Virus record (IMG/VR): IMGVR_UViG_3300028591_000131
Span: 39,185 to 103,184 of that record
DNA length: 64,000 nt
Direction: 5' to 3' (one strand)
Origin: a virus
Lineage: Duplodnaviria; Caudoviricetes
The notes under the pieces are model-generated. The model was given only the letters and a program-made list of their open reading frames with translations. It was not told the origin of the DNA and did no database searches. The position numbers and the translations under genes are program-made. Positions 37,229 to 48,517 of this stretch are shown piece by piece (position 1 is the first letter of the stretch; the number at the start of each line of letters is the position of its first letter).

Positions 37229-38035
37229 ATGAAACTTAAACATATCACCATAGGTTCAGATCCAGAAATGTTTTTGTTTGATACTGAAACGAAACAGTTT
37301 AAATCTGCAATTGGTATTATACCTGGATCAAAAGAAGATCCGTTTCATCCATCTGATTTACCAGATGGATTTGCACTTCAAACGGATAATGTACTTGTAG
37401 AATTCAACATTCCAGCTGTAAGTTTTGAAAAAGAACATGAATTTATAGACAATTTATTGTCAATGCGTAAATATATTGACGATTTGGTCAAATCAACAAA
37501 CGTTAATTTAAAAACAAAATGTCAAGCTTCAGCACATCTTCCAGTTGAAGAGTTGAGTCACCCGCAAGCTATGTTGTTTGGATGTGATCCGGATTATAAT
37601 TGTTACACTAAACAACAAAATGTAAAACCGGAAATTAAGGATGTTACTTTACGAAGTGCTGGATTTCATTGGCATGTTGGTTTTGACAATCCTTCATTAG
37701 AAGATTGTATAAAACTTATACGCTATATGGATTTGTATATGGGTATTCCTTCTGTATTATTAGACAGAGATATCAGACGTAGAAAGTTATATGGAAAAGC
37801 CGGAGCTTTCAGATTACAACCTTATGGTGTAGAATGGAGAGTTCTTTCGAGTTATTTTCTTAACGGTCCAGATCTTATAGCTTTAATGTACAGACAATTA
37901 GAAAGAGCCATAAAAGCATTTGAAGACAATGCTCCGCTCCCAGAACCAATTGAGGTAATGTCTACTATTAATAAAAGCAATACGGATAAAGCAAAACAAT
38001 TAATTGAAACATTTAAAATCACAAATTTATTATAA
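37229..38035 (+). CDS. phiEco32-like COOH-NH2 ligase (glutamine synthetase/GCS-like fold)
   Basis: 'IGSDPEMF', 'QTDNVLVEFNIP', 'FGCDPDYN', 'RSAGFHWHVG', 'RRKLYGKAGAFR..PYGVEWRVLS'. Confidence 0.88.
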   Translation: MKLKHITIGSDPEMFLFDTETKQFKSAIGIIPGSKEDPFHPSDLPDGFALQTDNVLVEFNIPAVSFEKEHEFIDNLLSMRKYIDDLVKSTNVNLKTKCQASAHLPVEELSHPQAMLFGCDPDYNCYTKQQNVKPEIKDVTLRSAGFHWHVGFDNPSLEDCIKLIRYMDLYMGIPSVLLDRDIRRRKLYGKAGAFRLQPYGVEWRVLSSYFLNGPDLIALMYRQLERAIKAFEDNAPLPEPIEVMSTINKSNTDKAKQLIETFKITNLL

Positions 38036-38036
38036 T

Positions 38037-39506
38037 ATGTGTGGATTATTTGGATTTATAGCTTATAAAAAAAGACAAATTGACTTACAGACTTTTTTAG
38101 GACTTGGTGTCGAAAATGATTCCAGAGGTGGTCACGGCTGTGGTATTTTTATTGATGGAGAAGTAGAATATGGTGCAGCAAAAGATAAATATTTTGAGTC
38201 TTTCTATAAAGAATCAAAATTGTTGAAAAAATATCATGAAGCTGAAATATTAATTGGTCATGATAGAAAAGCTTCTGTAGGAGGAATTTCAGATGAAAAA
38301 CTACAACCTGTTGTAATAAAAAACGAGAATGGAGAGGTAGATTTTGTATTGATGCATAATGGAACCATTGTGAATCATGAAGAACTTGCTACTAAATATC
38401 TCAGCATGGCTCCCGAAAAAAGCAAAGAGTTTACTGATAGTCAGTTAATGGCACAAATCATATATATTCATGGTTTTGATGTGTTTGCCGAGTATATTGG
38501 TACCGGTGCTTTTATGATGGTAGACTATAGAACACCAAAACGCAAACCTGCAGTTTATGTATTCAAAGGTAAATCAAAATCAACTGTTTATTCCAAAGAA
38601 GCAGAAGAAGAAAGACCTTTGTATTATGTAAGAGAAGATGATGGTTTATGGTTTAGTTCTACAACTTCAAACTTATCTATTTTGGCTTATGTAAACAAAA
38701 CACCAGTATACACGTTTCCAACAAATATTGTAACGCTAATTAACGAAAACGATACATTAATCAAAGTTCAAGAAGTTGATAGAACTAATTGTACACAAAA
38801 AGAAACTACAGTTTCAATTACTCCGCAAAGTTTATATCATTATTATGGAGAACAAAGAATGTATCCATATGGGGATTATGATGATTATTATTTTGATGAT
38901 TGTTATGATTATTATGGTGGTTCTATAAATTCAAAAGCAGATGATGATAAGAAACAAACACAATTGTTACTTCCTAATGTAACTCGTAAAGGTGATTTAT
39001 ATTGTAAATCTTTAAAGTATTTTAGCGATGATTCTGATGTACCTTTGACTGGTATATACTATGTAAATGATAAAGGTCAATTTTCAGATACATCTTTAGT
39101 TGGATATAATTACAAATTGTATTTATTCAACGGTATTCCAGTATTTGGTGAACCTGCTTTACGGACTATCATTGATTTTTGCAATGAAAATACAGAATGT
39201 ATGGATTTTGGAGAAATGGCACAATATTTTCCAGAAATTGTATATGCGTTTTCAGATTGGCCATATAACGATGAGACAAACAATTTATATGTCAGATATT
39301 ATGGTGCAGGTTTGAATATGTTATATAGTGGTAAATTATTAGTTCCTTTTTGTGAAAATACAAATCAAATACTGACTTTCAAAGATGGTCATCTCATCAG
39401 TCGAATGGATACAAATGGCAGTATAAATAAATTTTATAGTGCATACTCAAAGAAATGTAATAAAAATCATTCTAAACTTATTAATCTTTTGAAATCATGG
39501 AGTTAG
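38037..39506 (+). CDS. Class II (Ntn) glutamine amidotransferase
   Basis: True start MCGLFG (Cys2 nucleophile), 'SRGGHGCG', 'GHDRKAS', 'HNGTI.N', 'TDSQ'. Confidence 0.88.
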   Translation: MCGLFGFIAYKKRQIDLQTFLGLGVENDSRGGHGCGIFIDGEVEYGAAKDKYFESFYKESKLLKKYHEAEILIGHDRKASVGGISDEKLQPVVIKNENGEVDFVLMHNGTIVNHEELATKYLSMAPEKSKEFTDSQLMAQIIYIHGFDVFAEYIGTGAFMMVDYRTPKRKPAVYVFKGKSKSTVYSKEAEEERPLYYVREDDGLWFSSTTSNLSILAYVNKTPVYTFPTNIVTLINENDTLIKVQEVDRTNCTQKETTVSITPQSLYHYYGEQRMYPYGDYDDYYFDDCYDYYGGSINSKADDDKKQTQLLLPNVTRKGDLYCKSLKYFSDDSDVPLTGIYYVNDKGQFSDTSLVGYNYKLYLFNGIPVFGEPALRTIIDFCNENTECMDFGEMAQYFPEIVYAFSDWPYNDETNNLYVRYYGAGLNMLYSGKLLVPFCENTNQILTFKDGHLISRMDTNGSINKFYSAYSKKCNKNHSKLINLLKSWS

Positions 39507-40834
39507 AAGTTCTTGTATCTTTTAAGCAAACAGATCAAAATTTGCGAGATTTTCAATTTGAAAGAATTGTTTTTAGAACAACTGAAGAATTGAAACACGT
39601 AATATATGTAAATATAAAATATGTAAAAAGAGGAATATCAACTTCCGTATATAGAGGATACGCTTTAAAAGAAATTTTTGATACAAATTATTTGTATTAT
39701 TTGAATTTTGGTATAAACAGTACATATTATTATCTTCTGGGTGATGATACAAAGTTTGATATATTTGAAGCAACGGATGCCAAAGTACCAGTGTCGAGGT
39801 TTCCGTATCGTTTGATTACAGAAACATATAATGTATCTACACAAAAAATAAAATTTACACCACCTGTACCAGATGAAGAATCCAGTAGAATAGCAAAACA
39901 ACTTAAATACACATTTGGAATTGAATTTGAAACGTGTTGTGGTGTAATACCAGAAGATATGTGTCTTGATTTAAGATTAGTTCCGTTAAGAGACGGTTCA
40001 ATAGGTGGTGTAGAATATGCTACTGTACCGTTGAATAATAAAAACATAGGTTTATTGAAAAAGCAAGTAGAATGTCTTAAAACATATACAACTTTTGATA
40101 AAACCTGTTCAATGCATATACATTTTGGAAGATTACCTCACGATATCAAATATTATTATTTGGTATATAAGGTATTTTATAATGTACAAAATGAATTAAT
40201 GGAATTATTACCGAAATATACATTTCATACCGATTTTTACAAAGATAACGGTAAAAATTATTGTAATCCTCTAATTGCATACGAAAGTATTGCAGATTGG
40301 TATTTTGACATTTCAAACGGACTTACTTTAGATAAAACGCAAAAGGATGTTAATTTGACACAACCTCATCCAAATGATCTGGAAGGACGTCAAAAGTGGC
40401 ATATTAATTCTAGATATAGTGCTGTAAACTTCGTTAACGCTTTATTCTATAATCGAAACAAAACAATTGAATTCCGATTTTTAAAACCAAGTTATAACAT
40501 TCATTATATTATCAACTGGTTATATTTATTAACAGCTATATTAAAAACCGCAGAATTAATATTCAACGCAAATAATATAAAGGATAAGAATCTATTTGAA
40601 ACTGATTTGTTTTGCAAAGATTTCTTTGGAAGATCAGATGTTGAACAATGTATCAATTTGTATTCTTGTATTACAACTGCTTTTGACAGTTCTGTAATAC
40701 ATAGACAACTTTCAATGTTTCTCAACAATATACGTACTATTACTAAATTACAAAGTTGTGTTAAAGACTTTATAGGTCTTAAAACACAATTTCACGATCT
40801 TTACATTAAAACTAATCCAATTGACCAACAATAA
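39497..40834 (+). CDS. Amidoligase enzyme (Amidoligase_2-type)
   Basis: 'TFGIEFET', 'DGSI.GVEYAT', 'CSMHIHFG', 'RYSAVN', 'TIEFR'. Confidence 0.85.
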   Translation: MELEVLVSFKQTDQNLRDFQFERIVFRTTEELKHVIYVNIKYVKRGISTSVYRGYALKEIFDTNYLYYLNFGINSTYYYLLGDDTKFDIFEATDAKVPVSRFPYRLITETYNVSTQKIKFTPPVPDEESSRIAKQLKYTFGIEFETCCGVIPEDMCLDLRLVPLRDGSIGGVEYATVPLNNKNIGLLKKQVECLKTYTTFDKTCSMHIHFGRLPHDIKYYYLVYKVFYNVQNELMELLPKYTFHTDFYKDNGKNYCNPLIAYESIADWYFDISNGLTLDKTQKDVNLTQPHPNDLEGRQKWHINSRYSAVNFVNALFYNRNKTIEFRFLKPSYNIHYIINWLYLLTAILKTAELIFNANNIKDKNLFETDLFCKDFFGRSDVEQCINLYSCITTAFDSSVIHRQLSMFLNNIRTITKLQSCVKDFIGLKTQFHDLYIKTNPIDQQ

Positions 40835-41282
40835 AAAAGTTAAAAACGCAAAACCTTGTTTTTATGATAATATACAATTCAAATCTCGTTTGGAGATGTA
40901 TTGTTATAAATATTTTTTAAACAAGGGTGTCAAATTACAATATGAGCCTATTAAATACACAATAGTTGACGGATTTAAACCAAATACCAAAATCTATACT
41001 CCATCAAGCAGGAAAGGAAAAAAAGTTTTAAAATTAAACACTTCTAAAATTCGTCCTATTACGTATACTCCAGACTTTGTACTTGAAACACCAAGTACTT
41101 TGGTTTTTATTGAAACAAAGGGTAGACCGAATGATGTCTACCCTTTGAAGAAAAAATTGTTTCTTCGTATTATAGATACAATGCCGATGAAAATGAAAAA
41201 ACAATGTTGGTTTTTTGAACCACATAATCAATCACAAATTGAAGAAACATACAATATTATTAAATTTGAAATTTTAAAATAA
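40821..41282 (+). CDS. PD-(D/E)XK endonuclease (DUF1064-like)
   Basis: 'FKSRLE', 'YTPDF', 'IETKG'. Confidence 0.75.
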   Translation: MTNNKKVKNAKPCFYDNIQFKSRLEMYCYKYFLNKGVKLQYEPIKYTIVDGFKPNTKIYTPSSRKGKKVLKLNTSKIRPITYTPDFVLETPSTLVFIETKGRPNDVYPLKKKLFLRIIDTMPMKMKKQCWFFEPHNQSQIEETYNIIKFEILK

Positions 41283-42574
41283 TGAATATTTTCGAATTCT
41301 TTAGAAAACAACAATTAACTGATACATTTGCAATTGAAGATTATCATAAATCTAAATTGATAGGTCATACAAAAATTGTAAATTTCGAAACCAATGGCCC
41401 AAGTACATTAAGACCAGAATATCAAATTTCACAAACAGAAGCAATGCTTTTTGGAAGTATTGTGGACACTTTATTAACAGAGAGTAGTTCTTTCTTGAAT
41501 AAATATTATATAGTTGAAGATGAAAAAACTCTAACTCCATCGGAATTGAAATTAGTCAATTTTTGTGTTGATAATATAATAAGAGTAGATGATCTTAGTG
41601 ACGAATCTTTGCTTATTATTTTAGACAAGTGTGGATTTTGTTCAAATATGACCAAGAACGTTTCTGGACGATTGGATAAAGCAAAAGAATTGTTTCCTGT
41701 AATAGAAGAAAGACTTGCTAATTATGGAAAAACATTCATTACTTCAAAACAGTTTGAAGAAGCTACAAATTGTATTGAAGTGTTAAAAACATCTGAAATC
41801 ACAAGAGATATATTTGCAAATAACAAAACTGTATTTTATCAAGTATATCTTAATGACCATGTTACCAAATGTTTGTTTGATATAATTTATGTTGATCCGA
41901 TAAAGCATGAAATACATCCTTTTGATTTAAAGTGTGTTTCGTATCCAGAACATGAGTTTATAAAAAATTCATTTTATAAGTTTAAATATTATAGACAAGC
42001 TGAACTATATACTGATCTTTTGAGATACGCTTTACAAAATGTAGATTTTTATGAATCTGATTCAGACGAAGAAAAAGATGTTGAATGGAAAATCAAACCG
42101 TTTAAGTTCCTGGTTATAAATAAAGATACTTTGTCTCCAACATTATTTTCATTTCCAGTAATTTACAATGAAGCTGGTCAATTACAAATTAGTAATGAAA
42201 AATTTGTTTGCAATTATAAAGATATTGTACAACAAATGCAGTGGCATATTCGTAATGGGCAGTTTACGTATAGCAGAGATATTTATTTACAACTTATGCA
42301 GAATAAGAAAAATAAGGAGAAAAACTTTATATCCGTACCGATTTTTTCAAATTCAAATGAAGATATAATTATTCAAACAATAGCAACGTCAAAACCAAAA
42401 TTAAAATATAAAATACCAGATTTTATACCTTCTTATTTTAATGAAATGTTAGCAAGTATTGGTGATGACTTTGTGAATTATGATCTTATACCGACTGGTG
42501 TTATAACAACTTCAGATTCAAGCGCAACAGTTTCAACATCAGCAAGTAGTGGCACAGAACAGGTACCATATTAA
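41282..42574 (+). CDS. PD-(D/E)XK exonuclease-like protein
   Basis: 'FGSIVDTLLT', 'KCLFDII...DLK', 'YYRQAELY'. Confidence 0.7.
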   Translation: MNIFEFFRKQQLTDTFAIEDYHKSKLIGHTKIVNFETNGPSTLRPEYQISQTEAMLFGSIVDTLLTESSSFLNKYYIVEDEKTLTPSELKLVNFCVDNIIRVDDLSDESLLIILDKCGFCSNMTKNVSGRLDKAKELFPVIEERLANYGKTFITSKQFEEATNCIEVLKTSEITRDIFANNKTVFYQVYLNDHVTKCLFDIIYVDPIKHEIHPFDLKCVSYPEHEFIKNSFYKFKYYRQAELYTDLLRYALQNVDFYESDSDEEKDVEWKIKPFKFLVINKDTLSPTLFSFPVIYNEAGQLQISNEKFVCNYKDIVQQMQWHIRNGQFTYSRDIYLQLMQNKKNKEKNFISVPIFSNSNEDIIIQTIATSKPKLKYKIPDFIPSYFNEMLASIGDDFVNYDLIPTGVITTSDSSATVSTSASSGTEQVPY

Positions 42575-42590
42575 TTTAAATACTTAATAT

Positions 42591-45500
42591 ATGAAAGAAA
42601 GCGAATTTTTCAAAACGGAATTATCAAAAACAATTTATGAACGTAAATATAAAAATAACGATGAAACGTTCGACGAATGGCTTAACCGAATATCTGGAAA
42701 TGATAAATATATACGTAGATTAATTGAACAAAAGAAATTTATTTTTGGCGGTAGAACATTGTCAAATCGAGGTTTAACTGGTAGTTTGAGTAATTGTTAT
42801 ACATCAGGTAGAGTTAAAGATTCTTTAAATGATATCATGGATACAGCTAAAAACATTGCTTTAACTTTTAAAGCACAAGGTGGACAAGGTGTATCTTTAA
42901 CTCTAATACGACCAAAAGGTACTGTTGTTAGTAATCGTTATCAATCTGACGGTATTGTGCCGTTTATGGAAATTTTCGACAATGTGGCTGCCAATATTTC
43001 ACAAGGTGGAGCAAGACGTGGTGCGTTGTTAATGTCTTTAGATATTTGTCACGCTGAAGCTGAAACTTTCATTAAAATCAAATCCGATTTACATAAAATC
43101 AATAATGCTAATTTATCATTGGAAATTGACGATAAATTTATGCAAATGGTTGAAGAATCTTACAAAACCGATAAAGAACTTGTCTTGCATATTAAACAAC
43201 AATATGGTACTGATGATCAATATGAAATTGAATATAATGTAGTTCCAATTAAACTTTTTAAGTTGCTTTGTGAATATGCTCATAAATATGCAGAACCTGG
43301 TGTATTGTTTATGGATCGTATTAACAAGTATAATTTGAATGAATTTGATCCGAATTATGTGATTGAATGTACAAATCCGTGTAACCTTCTTTGCACGGCT
43401 TAGGAGTAATCCTATGAAAATAATTTACTGTGAATTGCTGGAAAGTTATTAAACCAATCAGCAGCCAAGCTGTCGATAGACAGAAGGTTCAACGACTAAT
43501 TTAAATATTATAATTATGCAAAGTTTAGAAAATTTTAAACGCATTAATGCCTCAGAGTTAAGAAGTTTTTTAACGGGGCTTATCTTAGGTGATGGTACAA
43601 TTGATAAAGGTACGAACAAACGTTCATTTAGAATCAAATCTATTAATCACGATTTTATTAACTATATTGAATATGTCATTAAAAACAATACGTGTTTTCG
43701 ATATTACATTAATGAATTTCCAGAAATGATAGATAGATATAACGTTCGACATCAAAAGTGTTGGCAATTTGTTATTATTTCTCATCCTTATTTTAATAAA
43801 TTGTATCATTATTTTTATGACGATTATAGACATCGAACTATTTACACTAAAATGCTCAATTGGTTAACTCCAATTGGATTAGCAAATTGGTATATGTCTG
43901 ATGGTTACATTTGTTTGGTTGGTAAAAATAAAGGTAACGTTTATAATCGTCGTTTAGATATTTGCACCGATAGATATAAACTTGAAGATATTCAAAAAAT
44001 ACAAAACTTTCTACAGAATAGATTTAATATTAAAACATCTGTTAACAAACGTAGTGAATGTTATAGAATTCGTATTTGTACAGAAAGTTATGAAACTTTT
44101 ATTACGTTAATACAACCATATATTGTTCCATCCATGTTGTACAAATTATATTTAGGATATAACAACAAACAAAAGTGGATGAGTGATGATTTTTGGAATT
44201 TTCAAGAATATTTAAAAAGCGCAGTAACCCCACCAAGTAATGTTGAGGGATAAGATATAGTCTAACTGATTGATAATCAGTAGGGAGAACAACCGCTGAT
44301 CAAAGGAGGAGCTTGTAATTTATCTGCTATTAATTTAGCTAAATATGTAATTGATCCATTTACAGCAAATACCAAGTTTGATTATACATCTTTGCAAAGG
44401 GATTTGCCACATATTTATAAAGCAATGAACGATATTGTTGACGAAGGTATTGACAAACATGCATTACCAGAACAACGTGAAGCAGCTAAAAATTGGAGAA
44501 ATATTGGCATTGGTATTACGGGTTTGGCAGAATTGTTTATTATGTTTCAAACTCCTTATGGTAGCGAACATTCTTTGGATTTGACAAATGATATAATGAA
44601 ATTTCTGTTCCAAGAATGTTTTAAATTAAATCAGGAATTTGGCAAAAGATATGGCAGTTTTCCAATGTTTAATGAGAAAAATGTCTATGGTAGTACAGCT
44701 ATTGTGCAAAATGCTTTTGGAACGAATGAATTACAACCTGTTGTAAAACATTTACGTAACTGCTCTATGTTAACAGTTGCACCAACTGGCTCCATAAGTA
44801 ATTTAATTGGTGCATCATCCATGGGTATTGAACCGGTGTTTGCTTTTGAATATAAAAGAAGAACAGTTTCATTAAACGGCGAAGAAACAGTATATACAGT
44901 ATATCCAGAAATTGTGGAATTATATTTGAAATTACACCCAAAAGATGCAGTTGATAATTTGCCATATTATTTTGTTTCCGCACAAGATATTGATTATAAA
45001 GCCAGAATTGATGTACAAGCCGTTGCCCAAAGATATGTCGATAGCGCCATAAGCGCAACTGTGAATTTGCCTAAAGAAACCACTGTTGAAGAAATTGAGC
45101 AATTGTATTTGTATGCATGGAAATCTGGTTTGAAAGGTGTAACTATTTATCGTGATGGTAGTAGAGATCCTATATTATTTACAGAAAATCAAAATCCAAT
45201 ACAAAATTTGTCAACAAACGATGCTCCTAAAAGACCAAAATCTTTAAAAGCAAAGCTTACTGTTAATAAAGCTAAAGGATTAAGTTATGCTGTTATTGTA
45301 GGATTTTTACAAAACAAACCTTATGAAATCTTTGCTTTTGAAATGCCAAAAGATTCACAAATCAAAACTTGTGATGGTGAAATTATTAAAGTTAAAAAAG
45401 GACAATATTCATTTAGAAGTGAATTCTTTACAATCGCTAACTTACAATTGGCAGCCGACAAACTTGAAGAACGCGCATTGACCATTTTGTGCTCAATGAT

Positions 45501-45741
45501 GTTAAGACATAACGTACCTATTAAGTATATTATAAAAACTGCAAAGAAAGTGAATCCGATAGTATCTTCATTTTCTTCCACCGTGTGTCGTGTTTTAGGA
45601 TCTTATATGGAACCTGAAGTGGATAAATCAAAAGTTTGTCCTGAATGCGGCGCACCTTTGATTAATGAAGGTGGGTGTGAGCATTGTAGTGAATGTCATT
45701 ATTCTAAATGTAATTTACTAATTTTAAAACGTTATGAATGA
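42591..45741 (+). CDS. nrdJ: Class II (B12-dependent) ribonucleotide reductase, exons 42591-43382 and 44284-45741 (749 aa)
   Basis: Splicing restores the catalytic TNPC|GEQPL; also 'SNC', 'GGARRGA', 'CNL', 'VAPTGSIS', 'GLKGVTIYRDGSR' and a C-terminal Zn ribbon; no beta subunit gene in the window. Confidence 0.88.
43383..44283 (+). mobile_element. Group I intron in nrdJ
   Basis: P1 ccgtgt/gcacgg with U.G at the splice site; P gaattgctggaaa, Q aatcagcagcc, R ggttcaacgacta, S taagatatagtc; P3 ttactgtg/cgcagtaa; terminal G. Confidence 0.92.
43516..44253 (+). CDS. LAGLIDADG homing endonuclease (intron-encoded)
   Basis: 'FLTGLILGDGTI' and 'GLANWYMSDGYI'. Confidence 0.9.
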   Translation: MQSLENFKRINASELRSFLTGLILGDGTIDKGTNKRSFRIKSINHDFINYIEYVIKNNTCFRYYINEFPEMIDRYNVRHQKCWQFVIISHPYFNKLYHYFYDDYRHRTIYTKMLNWLTPIGLANWYMSDGYICLVGKNKGNVYNRRLDICTDRYKLEDIQKIQNFLQNRFNIKTSVNKRSECYRIRICTESYETFITLIQPYIVPSMLYKLYLGYNNKQKWMSDDFWNFQEYLKSAVTPPSNVEG

Positions 45742-46250
45742 TAAGTTTACCCGCAATAATATGTTGCGTTATAATAGTTGTTGTTTGCAGCTATTTGTTA
45801 TACTTAAATTATAGAAATAATATATCAAACACAAAATATTTGAATCAAAATACACGACATCTGTTTAAAGAAACAGATATGATTTATGTTCAATGTAACC
45901 GTGTATTTGGTCAATATTTTGATAAACCAGTTCTATTGTTGGTAGATACTGGTGCAAATGCGAACTTCATTAGTGAAAAATTCATTGAATCTGTATATCC
46001 ACAATACAATCAACATGTTTTATTTGGTGATGATGTTATGTCTGTAAACGGAACTATGACTTTGAACAAAGTTCTGGATATACCGTTACATATACAACCG
46101 GATGGCAGTTTGAATGAACAATTCACACTCTTACAAGATACAGATACATTCAATTATTTAAGTTCTGAAACAGATCAGCAAGTTGTTGGTATAATTGGCA
46201 CTGGTCTGTTAAAAAAATTAAATATATGTATAGATTTTAAAAGATTATGA
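45738..46250 (+). CDS. Membrane-anchored retropepsin-like aspartyl protease
   Basis: N-terminal TM, 'LLVDTGANANFIS', 'GIIGTGLL...IDF'. Confidence 0.75.
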   Translation: MISLPAIICCVIIVVVCSYLLYLNYRNNISNTKYLNQNTRHLFKETDMIYVQCNRVFGQYFDKPVLLLVDTGANANFISEKFIESVYPQYNQHVLFGDDVMSVNGTMTLNKVLDIPLHIQPDGSLNEQFTLLQDTDTFNYLSSETDQQVVGIIGTGLLKKLNICIDFKRL

Positions 46251-48148
46251 TTGTAAAAGAAAAACCAGTTTACGTATATGATATAGAAGTATTTCCAAAT
46301 GTTTTACATATAGTTGTAAAAAATACTGAAACAAAAGAATACATTAAATTGGAAATATCGGAACGTAGAAATGATCTTTTAAGTATCTGTAAGCTATTTC
46401 ATTTAAAGGATGCTGACTATGAAATTAGTCAGCTCCTTTTTGATGATAAAATCTTTTGTGGATATAACAACAAGCATTATGATGATGTAATCATTAATTA
46501 TATAATAGATTACAGATACGTAATGATAAGAAAAACCTGGAAGGAAATAACGCGAAGTATATATAATCTTAGTCATTGTATTGTAAGTGAAGATAATATG
46601 GAAAAATGGAAAAAATGGAAATATAAAAACTATTTTTATTCCATAGATCTTCTTACAATGAGATTTTCATCAAAACTAAGGGTTGGGTTAAAGGAAACTC
46701 AAGTAACAATGGAATATCCAAATGTAGAGGAGTATAACGGAGATTTTGATAAACCATTACCTTTGGATAAATTTGATGAAATGATTTCATACAATATCAA
46801 TGATGTTGACAGTACTGAAGAATTGTTGAATCGTTCAAGAGATTTAATTGATTTGAGATTAGGTATTGAAAAAGAATATAGTGTAGATGTATTGTCAAAA
46901 GATGGTATGACGATTGGTATGGAAATTCTTAAAGTAAAATATCTTGAAAAAACAGGTAAAACTTGGCAAGATATTAAAGATTTAAGAAGTCCGTGTGACT
47001 ATATTGCTTTGAAAGATGTGATTTTGCCATTTGTGGAATTTCAACACCCAGTTTTAAAGGAAATGTTGGAAGAATTAAAACAACAAATTGTATCTCCAGG
47101 TAGAAAAGGTTATGAAAAACATTTTTTATTGAATGATATGGAAATATCTGTTGGTGTTGGTGGTATTCATAGTCGAAATGATCCTGAAATTATCATTCCA
47201 CACGAAGACGAAGTATGTCTAGATTCAGATGTGGCTTCACTATATCCTTCATTAATAATAAGTTATAAATTTATTCCGCCACATTTAGGAAATGAATTTC
47301 TTGAAACATATTCTAATATTCGTACTGAAAGACTTGAAGCAAAGCGAAATAAACAGAAAATCAAGAATGAAACATTAAAATTAGCACTTAATGGTGTTTC
47401 AGGTAATTTGCAACAACAATTCAGTTGGATATATTCTCCGTTTACAGTTATGCAAATTCGTATGAATGGTCAAATGTTATTATTAATGTTATGTGAACGC
47501 TTATTAAAATTAGGTGCTAGATTAAAACAACTTAATACAGATGGTGTATTATATGTTATTAAGAAAGATAAACTCGATGCTTTAAATGATGAATTAAAAG
47601 CATGGGAAAAACAGACCAAATTAGAGCTGGAAACGGACGAATTTGAGGCGTTTTATCAATATGCGATAAATGATTACTTTGGTACTGCAAAAGGTTATTC
47701 TGAGTCAAAAAATCCAGATTTAATCAAAAAGAAAGGTATGTTCTTAACCGATATTACAATTGGTAAAGGTATGCCTCCACGTATAATACCAGAAGCTATA
47801 ATGTCTTATTTTCTTGAAAATGTTTCGCCAAGAGAATATTTGAAATCATGTACCGATTTAAGAAAATTTTTAACTTATCAAAAAGTAGGAAAACAATTTG
47901 ATGTGTACCATGGCAATAAAAAGTTAGTACATATAAATAGATTTTATTATTCAACTACAGAACCATACTTACTTAAGTGGGATAGTGTTGAAAAACGTTT
48001 AATCAACATGAACACTAAAAGTGGAGTACATATTTTAAATAAACTTGTCGAGACAAATATCCCAAAAGATTTGAACTATGATTATTACTTATATGAAATC
48101 AACAAAATAATTGGTGATTTTGTATATAAACAATTAACTTTATTTTAA
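46247..48148 (+). CDS. DNA polymerase family B
   Basis: Exo 'YDIE', 'GYNN.HYD', 'YNINDV'; polymerase 'DVASLYPS', 'KLALNGVSG', 'NTDG'. Confidence 0.92.
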   Translation: MIVKEKPVYVYDIEVFPNVLHIVVKNTETKEYIKLEISERRNDLLSICKLFHLKDADYEISQLLFDDKIFCGYNNKHYDDVIINYIIDYRYVMIRKTWKEITRSIYNLSHCIVSEDNMEKWKKWKYKNYFYSIDLLTMRFSSKLRVGLKETQVTMEYPNVEEYNGDFDKPLPLDKFDEMISYNINDVDSTEELLNRSRDLIDLRLGIEKEYSVDVLSKDGMTIGMEILKVKYLEKTGKTWQDIKDLRSPCDYIALKDVILPFVEFQHPVLKEMLEELKQQIVSPGRKGYEKHFLLNDMEISVGVGGIHSRNDPEIIIPHEDEVCLDSDVASLYPSLIISYKFIPPHLGNEFLETYSNIRTERLEAKRNKQKIKNETLKLALNGVSGNLQQQFSWIYSPFTVMQIRMNGQMLLLMLCERLLKLGARLKQLNTDGVLYVIKKDKLDALNDELKAWEKQTKLELETDEFEAFYQYAINDYFGTAKGYSESKNPDLIKKKGMFLTDITIGKGMPPRIIPEAIMSYFLENVSPREYLKSCTDLRKFLTYQKVGKQFDVYHGNKKLVHINRFYYSTTEPYLLKWDSVEKRLINMNTKSGVHILNKLVETNIPKDLNYDYYLYEINKIIGDFVYKQLTLF

Positions 48149-48154
48149 ACGTTA

Positions 48155-48499
48155 ATGACAATAGATGAATTATTTGATAGATATATTACACCAAAGCTAA
48201 AAAACGTTAAAAATTTTGATCCTACAGATAAACGTCTGAATGAACTTGCAGATTATCTGAATGAACAATATCAACCAGATTTAATGTGGGGTACAAAATT
48301 GATAGCTGGAAAGTTATGTGAACTTGAAGAACTTACTGGAGTTACTGTTACAAAAGAATTGATTGATGCCAGTATTCGTAATTATTTTAAAAGTCACATA
48401 CCTTATCAAAAAGATTTGGAGTATTTTATTATATCTAGAAAAACTATAGATGATGTTGAAGAGTTTAGTTCAGACTTACTTACATTTAGTCAAATGTAA
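48155..48499 (+). CDS. Hypothetical protein
   Basis: 114 aa. Confidence 0.6.
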   Translation: MTIDELFDRYITPKLKNVKNFDPTDKRLNELADYLNEQYQPDLMWGTKLIAGKLCELEELTGVTVTKELIDASIRNYFKSHIPYQKDLEYFIISRKTIDDVEEFSSDLLTFSQM

Positions 48500-48517
48500 T
48501 AACTTAAAATTATAAAA

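Noticed and set aside
42591-45741. RNR as a pseudogene or two-gene split
   Set aside because: Fully explained by a group I intron whose removal restores frame and active site.
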